Below are positions 41,445 through 50,367 of a DNA stretch of 64,000 nucleotides, piece by piece. Position numbers and translations under genes: made by a program. This DNA is from a virus, in IMG/VR virus record IMGVR_UViG_3300043411_001639, positions 92,733 to 156,732 of that record; one strand, given 5' to 3'. The notes under the pieces were generated by a model. It was not told where the DNA came from, did no database searches, and worked only from the letters and a program-made list of their open reading frames with translations. Within the stretch, counting starts at the first letter, position 1; each line of letters starts with the position of its first letter.

Positions 41445-42326
41445 ATGTTGAAGCACAATAAAAAAAGAAACACAGGAATTTTATATCATTCACTAGTAAA
41501 TCTTATTGCTGAAGGTATAGTTGAGTCAGATGATAACAAAATAAAACTCTCAAAAGGGCTGATATTAAAACACTTTTCTCCTGGTAGTTGTTTGCTAACA
41601 GAACTTAAATGTTTCAACTCTTTGGTTGACAGAAAAACTTATCAATTTAATACCATTCAGGAAGCTAAAATTTTAGTTGATAAAATCAAGCAAACAGCTT
41701 CAAAAATTTATCAAGAAAAACTAGATCTTGAAAAAACTGCTTTGATTCATGAAATTAATAAAACTATTGGAGCAGAACTGTTTTCCAAGTCAATATCTCA
41801 GTATAAAATACTTGCAACAGTACAAACAGTTTTTAATACTTCAAGAAATAAAACTCTGTTAGAACAATCATTTGATAAATTTTATGAACTGGAACAACAG
41901 ATTTATAACTTCCTGGTTGAAAAATCTCAACCAGGAATAAACAGTGATCTGGTTTCAATAGATGAAATTCTAAACTCTGATTATCAAACTTTAACACTAA
42001 AAATTTTTGAAAATAAAATAGAACAAAAATTTAAAGATAATTTTAACTCGGAACAAAAAAAGATAATACGACTATATCTGAACGGTGAGACTGATCAACT
42101 AATTTCTGAACTAAACGGAATAAAGAACCGGGTATTAACAAAAACCTTGTTAGAATCTGAGACTAAACAGGTAGTCAAGGAAGACAAAGTTCTGGGTGAT
42201 AAACTAGGAGCTATTAAAACAGTTCTTGAACAGACTGAACTTTCATCTAATAAACAAGATATAGGGTTGATTCTGAATGTTTTAAGTTTAGAGACTGAAC
42301 TATTGGCAGAAGGAACTGGAGAATAA
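41445..42326 (+). CDS. Head assembly protein (hypothetical)
   Basis: KHNKKRNTGIL N-terminus; between portal and protease; several LxE sites. Confidence 0.65.
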   Translation: MLKHNKKRNTGILYHSLVNLIAEGIVESDDNKIKLSKGLILKHFSPGSCLLTELKCFNSLVDRKTYQFNTIQEAKILVDKIKQTASKIYQEKLDLEKTALIHEINKTIGAELFSKSISQYKILATVQTVFNTSRNKTLLEQSFDKFYELEQQIYNFLVEKSQPGINSDLVSIDEILNSDYQTLTLKIFENKIEQKFKDNFNSEQKKIIRLYLNGETDQLISELNGIKNRVLTKTLLESETKQVVKEDKVLGDKLGAIKTVLEQTELSSNKQDIGLILNVLSLETELLAEGTGE

Positions 42327-42330
42327 TACT

Positions 42331-42951
42331 ATGTCAAACAAAAAGATGTTGCTAGAAAACTCTATTATATTTGAGTACAACGATCAAAAAATCACACAAG
42401 AAGACAATGGTTGTATGATAGTAGAGGGAATAGTTCAGAGAGCAGATGCAGAAAATCATAATGGCAGAAGCTATCCTTATCAAACACTTGTTAAAGAAGT
42501 AGAGAACTACAAGAAAAAAATTCGTGATAAATGTGCTTGGGGTGAACTTGACCACAGAGACTCTCCTACTATTGAGATGGAAAAAGTATCACATAGATTT
42601 CTTGACATCTGGGAAGAAAATAAAACTTTCTATGCCAAGGTACAGGTTTTAGGAGCTCCAACAAAGGGAGCTATAATTCAAACAATGATTAGAGCAGGTG
42701 GCAAACCTGGAATATCTTCAAGAGCCCTTGGTTCTGTAAAAAAACAAGGTGGTATTGATGTAGTACAAGAAGACTTACAACTAATTTGTTGGGATTTTGT
42801 TTCTGACCCTAGTACCCATGGAGCTTATATGAATCTTAGAGAAGGGAAAGAAATAGATCTTGAAGAGTTTAACAAAACTCTAACTAAACCCGAAAAAGTT
42901 GATAGAATAGCAAATGATATTCTAGAATATATCAAAAGATCTGTAAAATAA
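42331..42951 (+). CDS. Prohead core protease (T4 gp21-like)
   Basis: QRAD..N.NGR.YP, GELDH, VSH, GISSRALGSV, WDFVSDPST.GA. Confidence 0.95.
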   Translation: MSNKKMLLENSIIFEYNDQKITQEDNGCMIVEGIVQRADAENHNGRSYPYQTLVKEVENYKKKIRDKCAWGELDHRDSPTIEMEKVSHRFLDIWEENKTFYAKVQVLGAPTKGAIIQTMIRAGGKPGISSRALGSVKKQGGIDVVQEDLQLICWDFVSDPSTHGAYMNLREGKEIDLEEFNKTLTKPEKVDRIANDILEYIKRSVK

Positions 42952-42955
42952 TATT

Positions 42956-43354
42956 ATGAAAATCACAGAATCATCATTGAAAGCTATCATAAAAGAATGT
43001 CTTAAAGAAGTTTTATCTGAAATGGTGTTACAAGAACATCAAACAACAACAACTCAGAGAACTCAGCAAACAAATCCATTGATAGGGTTGATAGCTGCTA
43101 GTGCTGCAAAAGGGAATCCTGAACAGAAAAAACTTTATGAAGGAATATTAACAGACGCTGTGTTAAACAGTCGTGATTCTGAAGTTATTCCAGCCGATGC
43201 TCTTAATCAGTTCAAACAACAGCAATCTCAACAACAACCTTCCGGTCCTCAAGCTAACAACACTTCAAAATATCCTAACAGATGGGCAGAACTAGCATTC
43301 AGTAACAACTCTAGTGAGTTAACTGGTTTGTTAGCTAGTAAAATGTCTGATTAA
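42956..43354 (+). CDS. Small prohead core/internal protein
   Basis: MKITESSLKAIIKECLKEVLSE leader; RWAELAF C-terminal motif. Confidence 0.6.
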   Translation: MKITESSLKAIIKECLKEVLSEMVLQEHQTTTTQRTQQTNPLIGLIAASAAKGNPEQKKLYEGILTDAVLNSRDSEVIPADALNQFKQQQSQQQPSGPQANNTSKYPNRWAELAFSNNSSELTGLLASKMSD

Positions 43355-43398
43355 TTAAATCTTCGTATATTTAATAATCAGGATAATAAAACTAAACT

Positions 43399-43896
43399 AT
43401 GTCAACAATGCGTTATTTAACAGTAGTAACCCCATTTTCTACTTTTGCGGTAGGTAATGCTGATTCACTAAGCATGAGAAATGCTTTCCCAAGTTCACCT
43501 ATGTATAACGGGAGCTATTCAACAGAAGAACAAGTACAAAATGCTTTTCTAAGACCTGCTGAATATAACCCAACAACTGGAGAGATTAATGATGGAGGCT
43601 ATGCTTTCGGAACAATCAATGTTGAATATCGTGACTCTCCTAACCTTACAGAAGTAAGAGTAGGTGGTGGTGGTTTACCAGGATCACCTTGGGCTCCAAA
43701 CATTGCAAGTCCGGGTGAAGGAAATGGTGACAATGCCTCTGCTATTCCAGCAACAGGTGTTGCAGCTACTTTAACAAACAGAGGTGCTGGTGGAGCATGG
43801 TCGGGGGATGGTTTAGCTTCTCCAAGTGTAACAGCTAGAAGATTGGTTCCAAGAAGATTAGGGGGCTTAGTTCCTGGTTTTGGTGGACGAGTTTAA
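43399..43896 (+). CDS. Gly/Pro-rich putative capsid-associated protein
   Basis: Own ATATTTA motif and AGGA RBS; located in the head module. Confidence 0.6.
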   Translation: MSTMRYLTVVTPFSTFAVGNADSLSMRNAFPSSPMYNGSYSTEEQVQNAFLRPAEYNPTTGEINDGGYAFGTINVEYRDSPNLTEVRVGGGGLPGSPWAPNIASPGEGNGDNASAIPATGVAATLTNRGAGGAWSGDGLASPSVTARRLVPRRLGGLVPGFGGRV

Positions 43897-43921
43897 TAAA
43901 TAACTTAGTAGAAAGCATGAA

Positions 43922-45799
43922 ATGACAAAGAAGCAACAAGCAACAACCTCAAACCTATACGAAGAATCACTTCTTGAGATAGACAAATATAAAGAAGTAG
44001 CTATGCAAGAAGCCAAGAGAGCAGTTCTTGATAGTATTACTCCTTTGATTAGAAAACAACTGGATATAAATTTAAACAGTTTAACAGAACAACAAACAAA
44101 ACTTTTTGAAGAAGAAGGAGATCCGTTTGCTGTTGACGAAACACAAACTTCTGAACAACAACCTTTGCCTCCTACTCAAACTCCTGAACCTGTTACTGGA
44201 GAACAACCACCACTTCCAGTTGATAATACTACTCCTCCCGTTGCTGCTCCTGCTCCAACAGATATTGCAACAACACAACCAGAAGTGCCAACAGATTTAC
44301 CTGTAGCTGTTCCTTCAGCAATGGGTCTTAACATACCAATGCCAGGGGCTGATGGAAAAATAGTTGTAGATCTTAGTTTGTTACTAGCAGGTTCAGGTGA
44401 TCTATTAGAATCACCTCCCTTAACTCCAGAACAACCTGATTTAACAGGTGGCGCTGTTGATCCAATGAGTCCTCCTCCTACAGATGTTGGTGGTTTTCCA
44501 GATCCTTCTATGACTCCCGCTCCTCCAACAGAGGGACTTGAATCAAACCCATTCAAAGAATGGAAATCAAGATTCACAAAACTTTACAGTCTAACTGAAT
44601 CGGTTAAAACAACTCTTGGAAAACAAACTCTGATGGAAAAACTATCAGATTCTCAACAAGAACTAATAGAACTAAATCAATCAAACAAGTTGTCTTCAGA
44701 GAAATTTGAATTCTACAACGAGTTCGTAGAAAAATTTTATAATGTTCTTAAAGGAAATATAAACGAAAGCAATATTTATCCCAAGAATACAGAGGAAGTA
44801 ATGTTAAACAAAAAGAAATCATCAGTAGCAGCTTTTGCTCAGTCTTTGTTCCTTTCTGAAGCCACACATCAAGGTTTCGGTGACGGTGAAAAAGTACCTA
44901 AAGGGAAAGAAGAACTTGGCAAAGATGAATCATCAAAACACGCTATGAAAATTAGCGGAAAGAAACCAGAAGATCCAGGTAAAGCCAAAGCTTTAGTTGT
45001 TGAAGAAGAAGAAGTAGTAGAAGAAGGTGAAGAACCCGAAGTTACTACAGAAGTAAAACAACCCGATGGTCCAAGAGACAAGTCAGAAGGTTGGACAAAA
45101 GCAAAAGTAGCAAACAAAAAAGCTAAACTAAAAGAACAAGCTGATATGATTGCAAAACAACTTCAAGAATGTGAACAAATGGAATCTTCAATGATGACAG
45201 ATGATATGGGTGGTTCAGTAGAAGAAAGAGTTGGAAACGTTACTCTTCATGCAGACAATGTAACTATTGTTACTTCTGGTGGGACTGAAGAAGATCTATC
45301 AGGTATGAGTGATGATGATGAACTAGATGTTGTTCCAGATGAAGGTGAAGAATCTTCTTTTGGTGGTGGGGATGACGATGTTGATCTAGGAGACGATACT
45401 GAAGAAGACGAAGAACCTGCGGTTAAGTCAGAATCACTAAAACGTCTTCAAAAAGAGCACAGAGAACTACAACTTGTTACTGCTCAAAGTTTGTATCTTA
45501 ATAAACTTTTTGCAAAAGAAGGTGTAACTCTTGGTATGAAGAAAAAAATAACAGAGTATATGGACAAGGCAAAATCCTTGACCGAAGCTAAAGAAGTTTA
45601 TTTCAAACTCAAAGGAACACTAGATGAAAATCTAGGTAAACAACAAGGTAAGGGTAAACTAGTAGAAAACAAAGGTGCAACTGCATCAAGTGGCGCAACA
45701 CCAGCAAAGAAAGTTGTAAGTGAAAATACTACAACAACTCATAGCGGTCCTTTTTCCACTGAAAGATTTATGCACTTAGCAGGAATTGCAAAGAAATAA
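43922..45799 (+). CDS. Prohead scaffolding protein (gp22-like position)
   Basis: Acidic/Pro-rich, many LxE sites, C-terminal coiled coil and ERFMHLAGI; directly upstream of MCP. Confidence 0.8.
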   Translation: MTKKQQATTSNLYEESLLEIDKYKEVAMQEAKRAVLDSITPLIRKQLDINLNSLTEQQTKLFEEEGDPFAVDETQTSEQQPLPPTQTPEPVTGEQPPLPVDNTTPPVAAPAPTDIATTQPEVPTDLPVAVPSAMGLNIPMPGADGKIVVDLSLLLAGSGDLLESPPLTPEQPDLTGGAVDPMSPPPTDVGGFPDPSMTPAPPTEGLESNPFKEWKSRFTKLYSLTESVKTTLGKQTLMEKLSDSQQELIELNQSNKLSSEKFEFYNEFVEKFYNVLKGNINESNIYPKNTEEVMLNKKKSSVAAFAQSLFLSEATHQGFGDGEKVPKGKEELGKDESSKHAMKISGKKPEDPGKAKALVVEEEEVVEEGEEPEVTTEVKQPDGPRDKSEGWTKAKVANKKAKLKEQADMIAKQLQECEQMESSMMTDDMGGSVEERVGNVTLHADNVTIVTSGGTEEDLSGMSDDDELDVVPDEGEESSFGGGDDDVDLGDDTEEDEEPAVKSESLKRLQKEHRELQLVTAQSLYLNKLFAKEGVTLGMKKKITEYMDKAKSLTEAKEVYFKLKGTLDENLGKQQGKGKLVENKGATASSGATPAKKVVSENTTTTHSGPFSTERFMHLAGIAKK

Positions 45800-45834
45800 T
45801 CAAACAGGAATATAGATATAAAAAGGAATAAAAT

Positions 45835-47775
45835 ATGAATTTTTCACTTAGTCAACTAGCAGAATCAGTAGTCAGACGCGATATGAACGCTGACGCACAA
45901 AGACTTACTGCAAAATGGGAAAAAACAGCTTTGCTTGAAGGTCTTTCTGGTGTTAAACGTGTTAGAATAGCACAACTTCTAGAAAACCAAGCTAATGAAC
46001 TCGTAAGAGGACAATCAGCTCCACAAGTTCTACAAGAAGCAAATGCTATCTCAACAGGAGCAGCAGGTTTAACAAGTTCAGGACAACTAGCAGGGTTTAC
46101 AAACGTTGCGTTTCCTATTGTAAGAAAAGTATTTGCAGGTCTAGTTGCAAACGAACTAGTATCTGTACAAGCAATGAGTCTTCCAACAGGACTATTGTTC
46201 TATCTTGATTACACTTACGGTTCAAACGTGGGTGGTGATGCTGGAATCAACCTAAGTAGTGCTTCAACAAATGAAACATATTCTTCAGGTACATCCATTT
46301 ATAACCTTCCAACAGGAGCTTCTATTCGTGGAGGTTCTTCAGCAACAGGTGGACAGTTTGGTTTAGTTGGTCAAGGGTACTCAAAAGTACACAACCAAGC
46401 AACCAACGTTATTTGTTCAACAGACTCAATTGGTGCTTGGGTTTCTGGTTCAACTTGGACAGCAGCATCAACAGTAGGATCAACAGCAGACTTCGTAGGT
46501 TATAATGGTAGATTCGTTGGTTATAATCCAACAGTTCTTCAAGATCTAGAAGCCAACGTTCTTGACTATTGTTTCATGCACGTAAGCGCAGCACAGTTTA
46601 CAAGCAAGATCACTGGTGCAGATATTAACGGTGCGGTTGAACAAATCGCAGTAACAGGCTTTGGTGTTACCGCTCCTGGTGGTGCAACAAGCTGGGGTAC
46701 AAACTATCAATCAGGTACAGGAGTTATGAACCTTCGCGGTGAAAACAAACGTGGTACTTGGAACCCAATCACTGGTATCTTTACTCCAGATAGTATTAAT
46801 GGAACACACATTCAATTTGTAGTTGCTCTAAGTAACACAGGTGCAGCACCAACAGTAGGTAACGCTACAACAAATGCTGTAACAGCTTCTGCCGCTCTAG
46901 CTGATGCTCTAAGCGTTGACAGTTCAACAGGATCAACTCTAGTAGTTCCTTCTTTTGAAACCAACTTCGCAGTTGATGCTTCACCAAGAATCCCAGAAAT
47001 TGACATCAAGATTGAATCTGTAAACGTCATGACAACTTCACGTAAGATGAGAGCTCGTTGGTCACCAGAAATGGCCCAAGACATCACAGCTTACTTTGCC
47101 ATTGACATTGAAGAAGAACTAACAAACCTCTTGTCACAACTAATAACACTAGAAATTGACAGAGAAATTCTAAACGATCTTCTAATGCAAGCAAACGCTG
47201 CTAATCTTTACTGGAGTCGTTCTCCTGGTAAAGTAGTTAACAAGTACACAGGTACAGAAGCAACAAGAGCAACATCACTAAGTCCTGCACCTTCATTCAT
47301 GGGAGATGTTCAATCTTGGTATCAAGTTCTAGTTGAAACAATCGTAGAAGTAGCAAATACAATCTACAAGAAAACACTCAGAGGTTCAGGCAACTTCATT
47401 GTTACTTCAACTGAAGTTTGTACAATCTTTGAATCAATGAACGGTTATAACAGTAACTTTAAAATTGATGCACAAGGTCAAGTTAAAGACGGTGTTTCGC
47501 TAGGAGCAGAAGCGGCTGGTACACTACAAAGCAGATTCGTAGTATATAAAGATCCTTACTTCCCTCAGAACAAAATCTTAGTAGGATACAAAGGCAATAC
47601 ATTCCTTGAAACTGGTTATATATATGCCCCCTACATTCCTCTAATTCTTACACCAGTGATCTATGCCCAAGAGGACTTTACCCCAAGAAAAGGGATAATG
47701 ACAAGATATGGGAAAAAGATGATCCGTTCCGACTTCTACGGAACAGTTACAGTTCTAGATATGCAATATATCTGA
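45835..47775 (+). CDS. Major capsid protein (T4 gp23-like)
   Basis: QLLENQ, FPIVRKVF..L.ANELVSVQ.M..PTGL.FYLD, WSPEMAQD, EIDREIL, GYIYAPYIP, FTPRKGIMTRY. Confidence 0.97.
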   Translation: MNFSLSQLAESVVRRDMNADAQRLTAKWEKTALLEGLSGVKRVRIAQLLENQANELVRGQSAPQVLQEANAISTGAAGLTSSGQLAGFTNVAFPIVRKVFAGLVANELVSVQAMSLPTGLLFYLDYTYGSNVGGDAGINLSSASTNETYSSGTSIYNLPTGASIRGGSSATGGQFGLVGQGYSKVHNQATNVICSTDSIGAWVSGSTWTAASTVGSTADFVGYNGRFVGYNPTVLQDLEANVLDYCFMHVSAAQFTSKITGADINGAVEQIAVTGFGVTAPGGATSWGTNYQSGTGVMNLRGENKRGTWNPITGIFTPDSINGTHIQFVVALSNTGAAPTVGNATTNAVTASAALADALSVDSSTGSTLVVPSFETNFAVDASPRIPEIDIKIESVNVMTTSRKMRARWSPEMAQDITAYFAIDIEEELTNLLSQLITLEIDREILNDLLMQANAANLYWSRSPGKVVNKYTGTEATRATSLSPAPSFMGDVQSWYQVLVETIVEVANTIYKKTLRGSGNFIVTSTEVCTIFESMNGYNSNFKIDAQGQVKDGVSLGAEAAGTLQSRFVVYKDPYFPQNKILVGYKGNTFLETGYIYAPYIPLILTPVIYAQEDFTPRKGIMTRYGKKMIRSDFYGTVTVLDMQYI

Positions 47776-47803
47776 AAGATTTAGCTTAGTTTACCGATAG
47801 TTT

Positions 47804-47842
47804 GAGAGGGCAGGTTCCGAAAGGTTCCTGCCCTTTCTTTTT
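47804..47842 (+). terminator. Rho-independent terminator after MCP
   Basis: GAGAGGGCAGG-TT-CC-GAAA-GG-TT-CCTGCCCTTTC hairpin followed by TTTTT. Confidence 0.85.
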
Positions 47843-47852
47843 GTCTGGAAGT

Positions 47853-47880
47853 TTGCAAAGGTGCAGAATCATGCTATACT
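47853..47880 (+). promoter_or_regulatory. Sigma70-type promoter, leaderless
   Basis: TTGCAA-N16-TATACT with extended TG, 6 nt before ATG 47887. Confidence 0.6.
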
Positions 47881-47886
47881 AAGTTC

Positions 47887-49641
47887 ATGGCAACAATAAC
47901 AGGTATTTATAAAATTACAAACAAAGTTAATGGTAAGTTTTATGTTGGTAGTTCAACTAACATAACAAAGAGATGGTGGACACATAAAACAGAATTAAAG
48001 AGTGGTAAACATTGTAATATTCACTTACAAAGTTCTTGGAATTTACATGGAGAAACAAGTTTTGAATTTAGTATAGTTGAACAGTTAAGTGAAGATGTTT
48101 CTGATGAAGAGTTGAAGGAAAAGGAACAGATTTATTTAGATGAATGTTGGGACAATGGAGTTAACTGTTATAACATGTCAAAGATAGCTGACAGACCTTG
48201 CCCCGTTGAACTTCCAGTATTACAGATTGATAAGGTTACAGGTGTGGTTGTTAAACAATGGGACAGTGCTACTGAGGTTGAGAAACAGTTAGGTTGGGCA
48301 AGAAACAACATAGGTAACTGTTGTAGAGGTATACTAGGAACTTTTAAAGGATTTAGGTGGCAGTATGTTGACAACACAAAGAGCAACTATACCCAGAAGG
48401 AAACCTTACAACATGGAGGACACAATAAGAGAAAGGTTGTTAGGGTTAATTCTACGACTGGAGTTGTTGAGGAAGAGTATGGTAGTTTACAAGAAGCTGC
48501 TGATAAAAACAACTTAAAAAGTTATTTAAACGTATTAATGGTTTGCAAAGGGACAAGACAACATACTCATGGACTTGTTTTTAGATACGCAGAGGATAAC
48601 AACAGTAGTATTGTTAACAACAATGGCATTAGTTGTTTAGTGTGTGGGCTTACAGGTTTTAGTGGATTAAAACCTCTTGCTACTCATATTCAGTTGTCTC
48701 ATAAGCCATTAACCTCCCAAGAATATACAGTAAGATATCTAATGGGCTTAACAGCACCTCCTAGTTGTTTAATGTGTAGTAACATACCAAGATATGTTAG
48801 TTTTAGTTTTAAACAATACTGTAAGGAACATGCTAGTATAGCAGAAAGTGTTGGCGGTAAATTTAACAAGGGAAGAACAAGGAAGACAACCACAGCCTCT
48901 ACACTGCCCGAGAATATTCTGGTTGAAGGAATACGTGTTGGGATATATCAACTGACTAACAAGAGTTATAGTAAAGACTGGTGGCTTGAACAGAAGAAAC
49001 AAGATCCAGATTTACTACTGTTTTATTCTGATGACTGGGATAACAAGAGAGAGTTAGTTCAGTCAATGATTGACAGTAGGTTAGGTAAATCAGTTAATAC
49101 CTATGATGCTAGAAAACTCCTGGTCGTTGAAGATCCAGAGTTAACAAAACAGTTCTTAGAACTTAATCACATATCAGGGGTTTGTAGATCTGTTAAATCT
49201 TTTGGTCTAGTGGATAAAACTAGTGGTGAACTTGTTTGTTTGTTAACTCTTAGAAAACCACTACACAAACAAGAACCAAGTGTTGTTGAGATAGCAAGGT
49301 TTTGTTCAAAACAACAGTCAAATGTTAGAGGTGGTTTTAGTAGGTTGTTGTCTGCTTCTGTTAGGTGGAGTGCTAGTAACAACTATACTAAGATGATCTC
49401 TTACTGTGATCTTAACACTGGAACAGGGAGAGTATATGAGGCTACAGGATTTAAACTTCTAAAGGAAAACACAGGAGTAAATTACTGGTACACAGATGGA
49501 CAAGTAAGATACAACAGGTTTAAGTTTAGAGCTCAACCAGGAAAAACTGAAAAGGAAGTAGCAGAAGAGAATGGTGTTCATAAGGTTTATGGTTGTGGTA
49601 ACTCGCTCTATGAACTAGATCTATCAGATAAAACTAACTAA
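47887..49641 (+). CDS. Free-standing GIY-YIG homing endonuclease with NUMOD1-like repeats, Zn fingers and a Hef-like C-terminal region
   Basis: GIYKITNKVNGKFYVGSS..I..RW..H, EQ.YLD, YN; two 'V.Q....G.....W.S..E.......I..CC.G......GF.W.Y' repeats; CLVC..HIQLSH; EIARFCS...VRGGFSRL...ISYCD....G.VY...GF. Confidence 0.85.
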   Translation: MATITGIYKITNKVNGKFYVGSSTNITKRWWTHKTELKSGKHCNIHLQSSWNLHGETSFEFSIVEQLSEDVSDEELKEKEQIYLDECWDNGVNCYNMSKIADRPCPVELPVLQIDKVTGVVVKQWDSATEVEKQLGWARNNIGNCCRGILGTFKGFRWQYVDNTKSNYTQKETLQHGGHNKRKVVRVNSTTGVVEEEYGSLQEAADKNNLKSYLNVLMVCKGTRQHTHGLVFRYAEDNNSSIVNNNGISCLVCGLTGFSGLKPLATHIQLSHKPLTSQEYTVRYLMGLTAPPSCLMCSNIPRYVSFSFKQYCKEHASIAESVGGKFNKGRTRKTTTASTLPENILVEGIRVGIYQLTNKSYSKDWWLEQKKQDPDLLLFYSDDWDNKRELVQSMIDSRLGKSVNTYDARKLLVVEDPELTKQFLELNHISGVCRSVKSFGLVDKTSGELVCLLTLRKPLHKQEPSVVEIARFCSKQQSNVRGGFSRLLSASVRWSASNNYTKMISYCDLNTGTGRVYEATGFKLLKENTGVNYWYTDGQVRYNRFKFRAQPGKTEKEVAEENGVHKVYGCGNSLYELDLSDKTN

Positions 49642-50337
49642 CAAACTATTAGTAGGTTTTCCAGAAGATTTAACATAGTTCTTCAACTCAGACTTCTTAA
49701 GTTTAAAGAATGTGTTGATATCACCATTATCTCTTAAGATCAACAGTCCTTCAGTTTTATAGTCATAAACATAAACTTTGAATAAACCTATTTGATCTAT
49801 TTTAAATTCAATGGTTGAAGGTAGGTTGTTTCTTAGTTGATCTTCTGTAAAACTATCAATGTTTTGTTTGGAAGATATTGCTGTGTTAATCAAGGCATTA
49901 TAACCGTCTGTAAAGGCTTGGTTTATTCCAGCACAGTATTCCTCAAGTTTATTTAATGCGCCGGTTGTAGCTACCTTGTCGTTGACAGCATCAAGTGTTA
50001 CGAGTAAAGTATTGGTATTTTTTATTGCTTCAGGTATTAAGTTGTTGTCTAGTTGTTCTCCTGATTTATTCCTTAATACTAGATTTCTTGTATTGGCTAG
50101 TAAGAATCTTTTTAGTTTGTTTAGTAAAGATTTAACACTAGCAGGTTTGAATTCTTTTAAGTGTTTCAGAGCGTGACTAGTATCATTGTGGGTTGCGCCT
50201 TGAACTTTATATTGATCTTTAGGATCAAACAATATTATATAATCAGATGGGAACAACCAGTCTTGATCTTTTCCTTTGTTGAAAGGTATTTTAGTTTTAA
50301 CATCTTCAAATATAAGATTGTATAACACGACTAACAT
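49624..50337 (-). CDS. Hypothetical protein, candidate BECR-fold RNase toxin
   Basis: SHALKHLKEF ... YDYKTEGLLILRDNGDINTFFK; N-terminal LYNLIFE. Confidence 0.5.
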   Translation of the reverse strand: MLVVLYNLIFEDVKTKIPFNKGKDQDWLFPSDYIILFDPKDQYKVQGATHNDTSHALKHLKEFKPASVKSLLNKLKRFLLANTRNLVLRNKSGEQLDNNLIPEAIKNTNTLLVTLDAVNDKVATTGALNKLEEYCAGINQAFTDGYNALINTAISSKQNIDSFTEDQLRNNLPSTIEFKIDQIGLFKVYVYDYKTEGLLILRDNGDINTFFKLKKSELKNYVKSSGKPTNSLLVSFI

Positions 50338-50367
50338 AGATAGTTTCTTTCTATTTATGAGTTAGCT

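Noticed and set aside
44081-45117. Antisense and alternative-frame ORFs within the scaffold gene, and similar 60-135 aa ORFs inside other long genes
   Set aside because: Explained by codon bias of the sense gene; no independent signals
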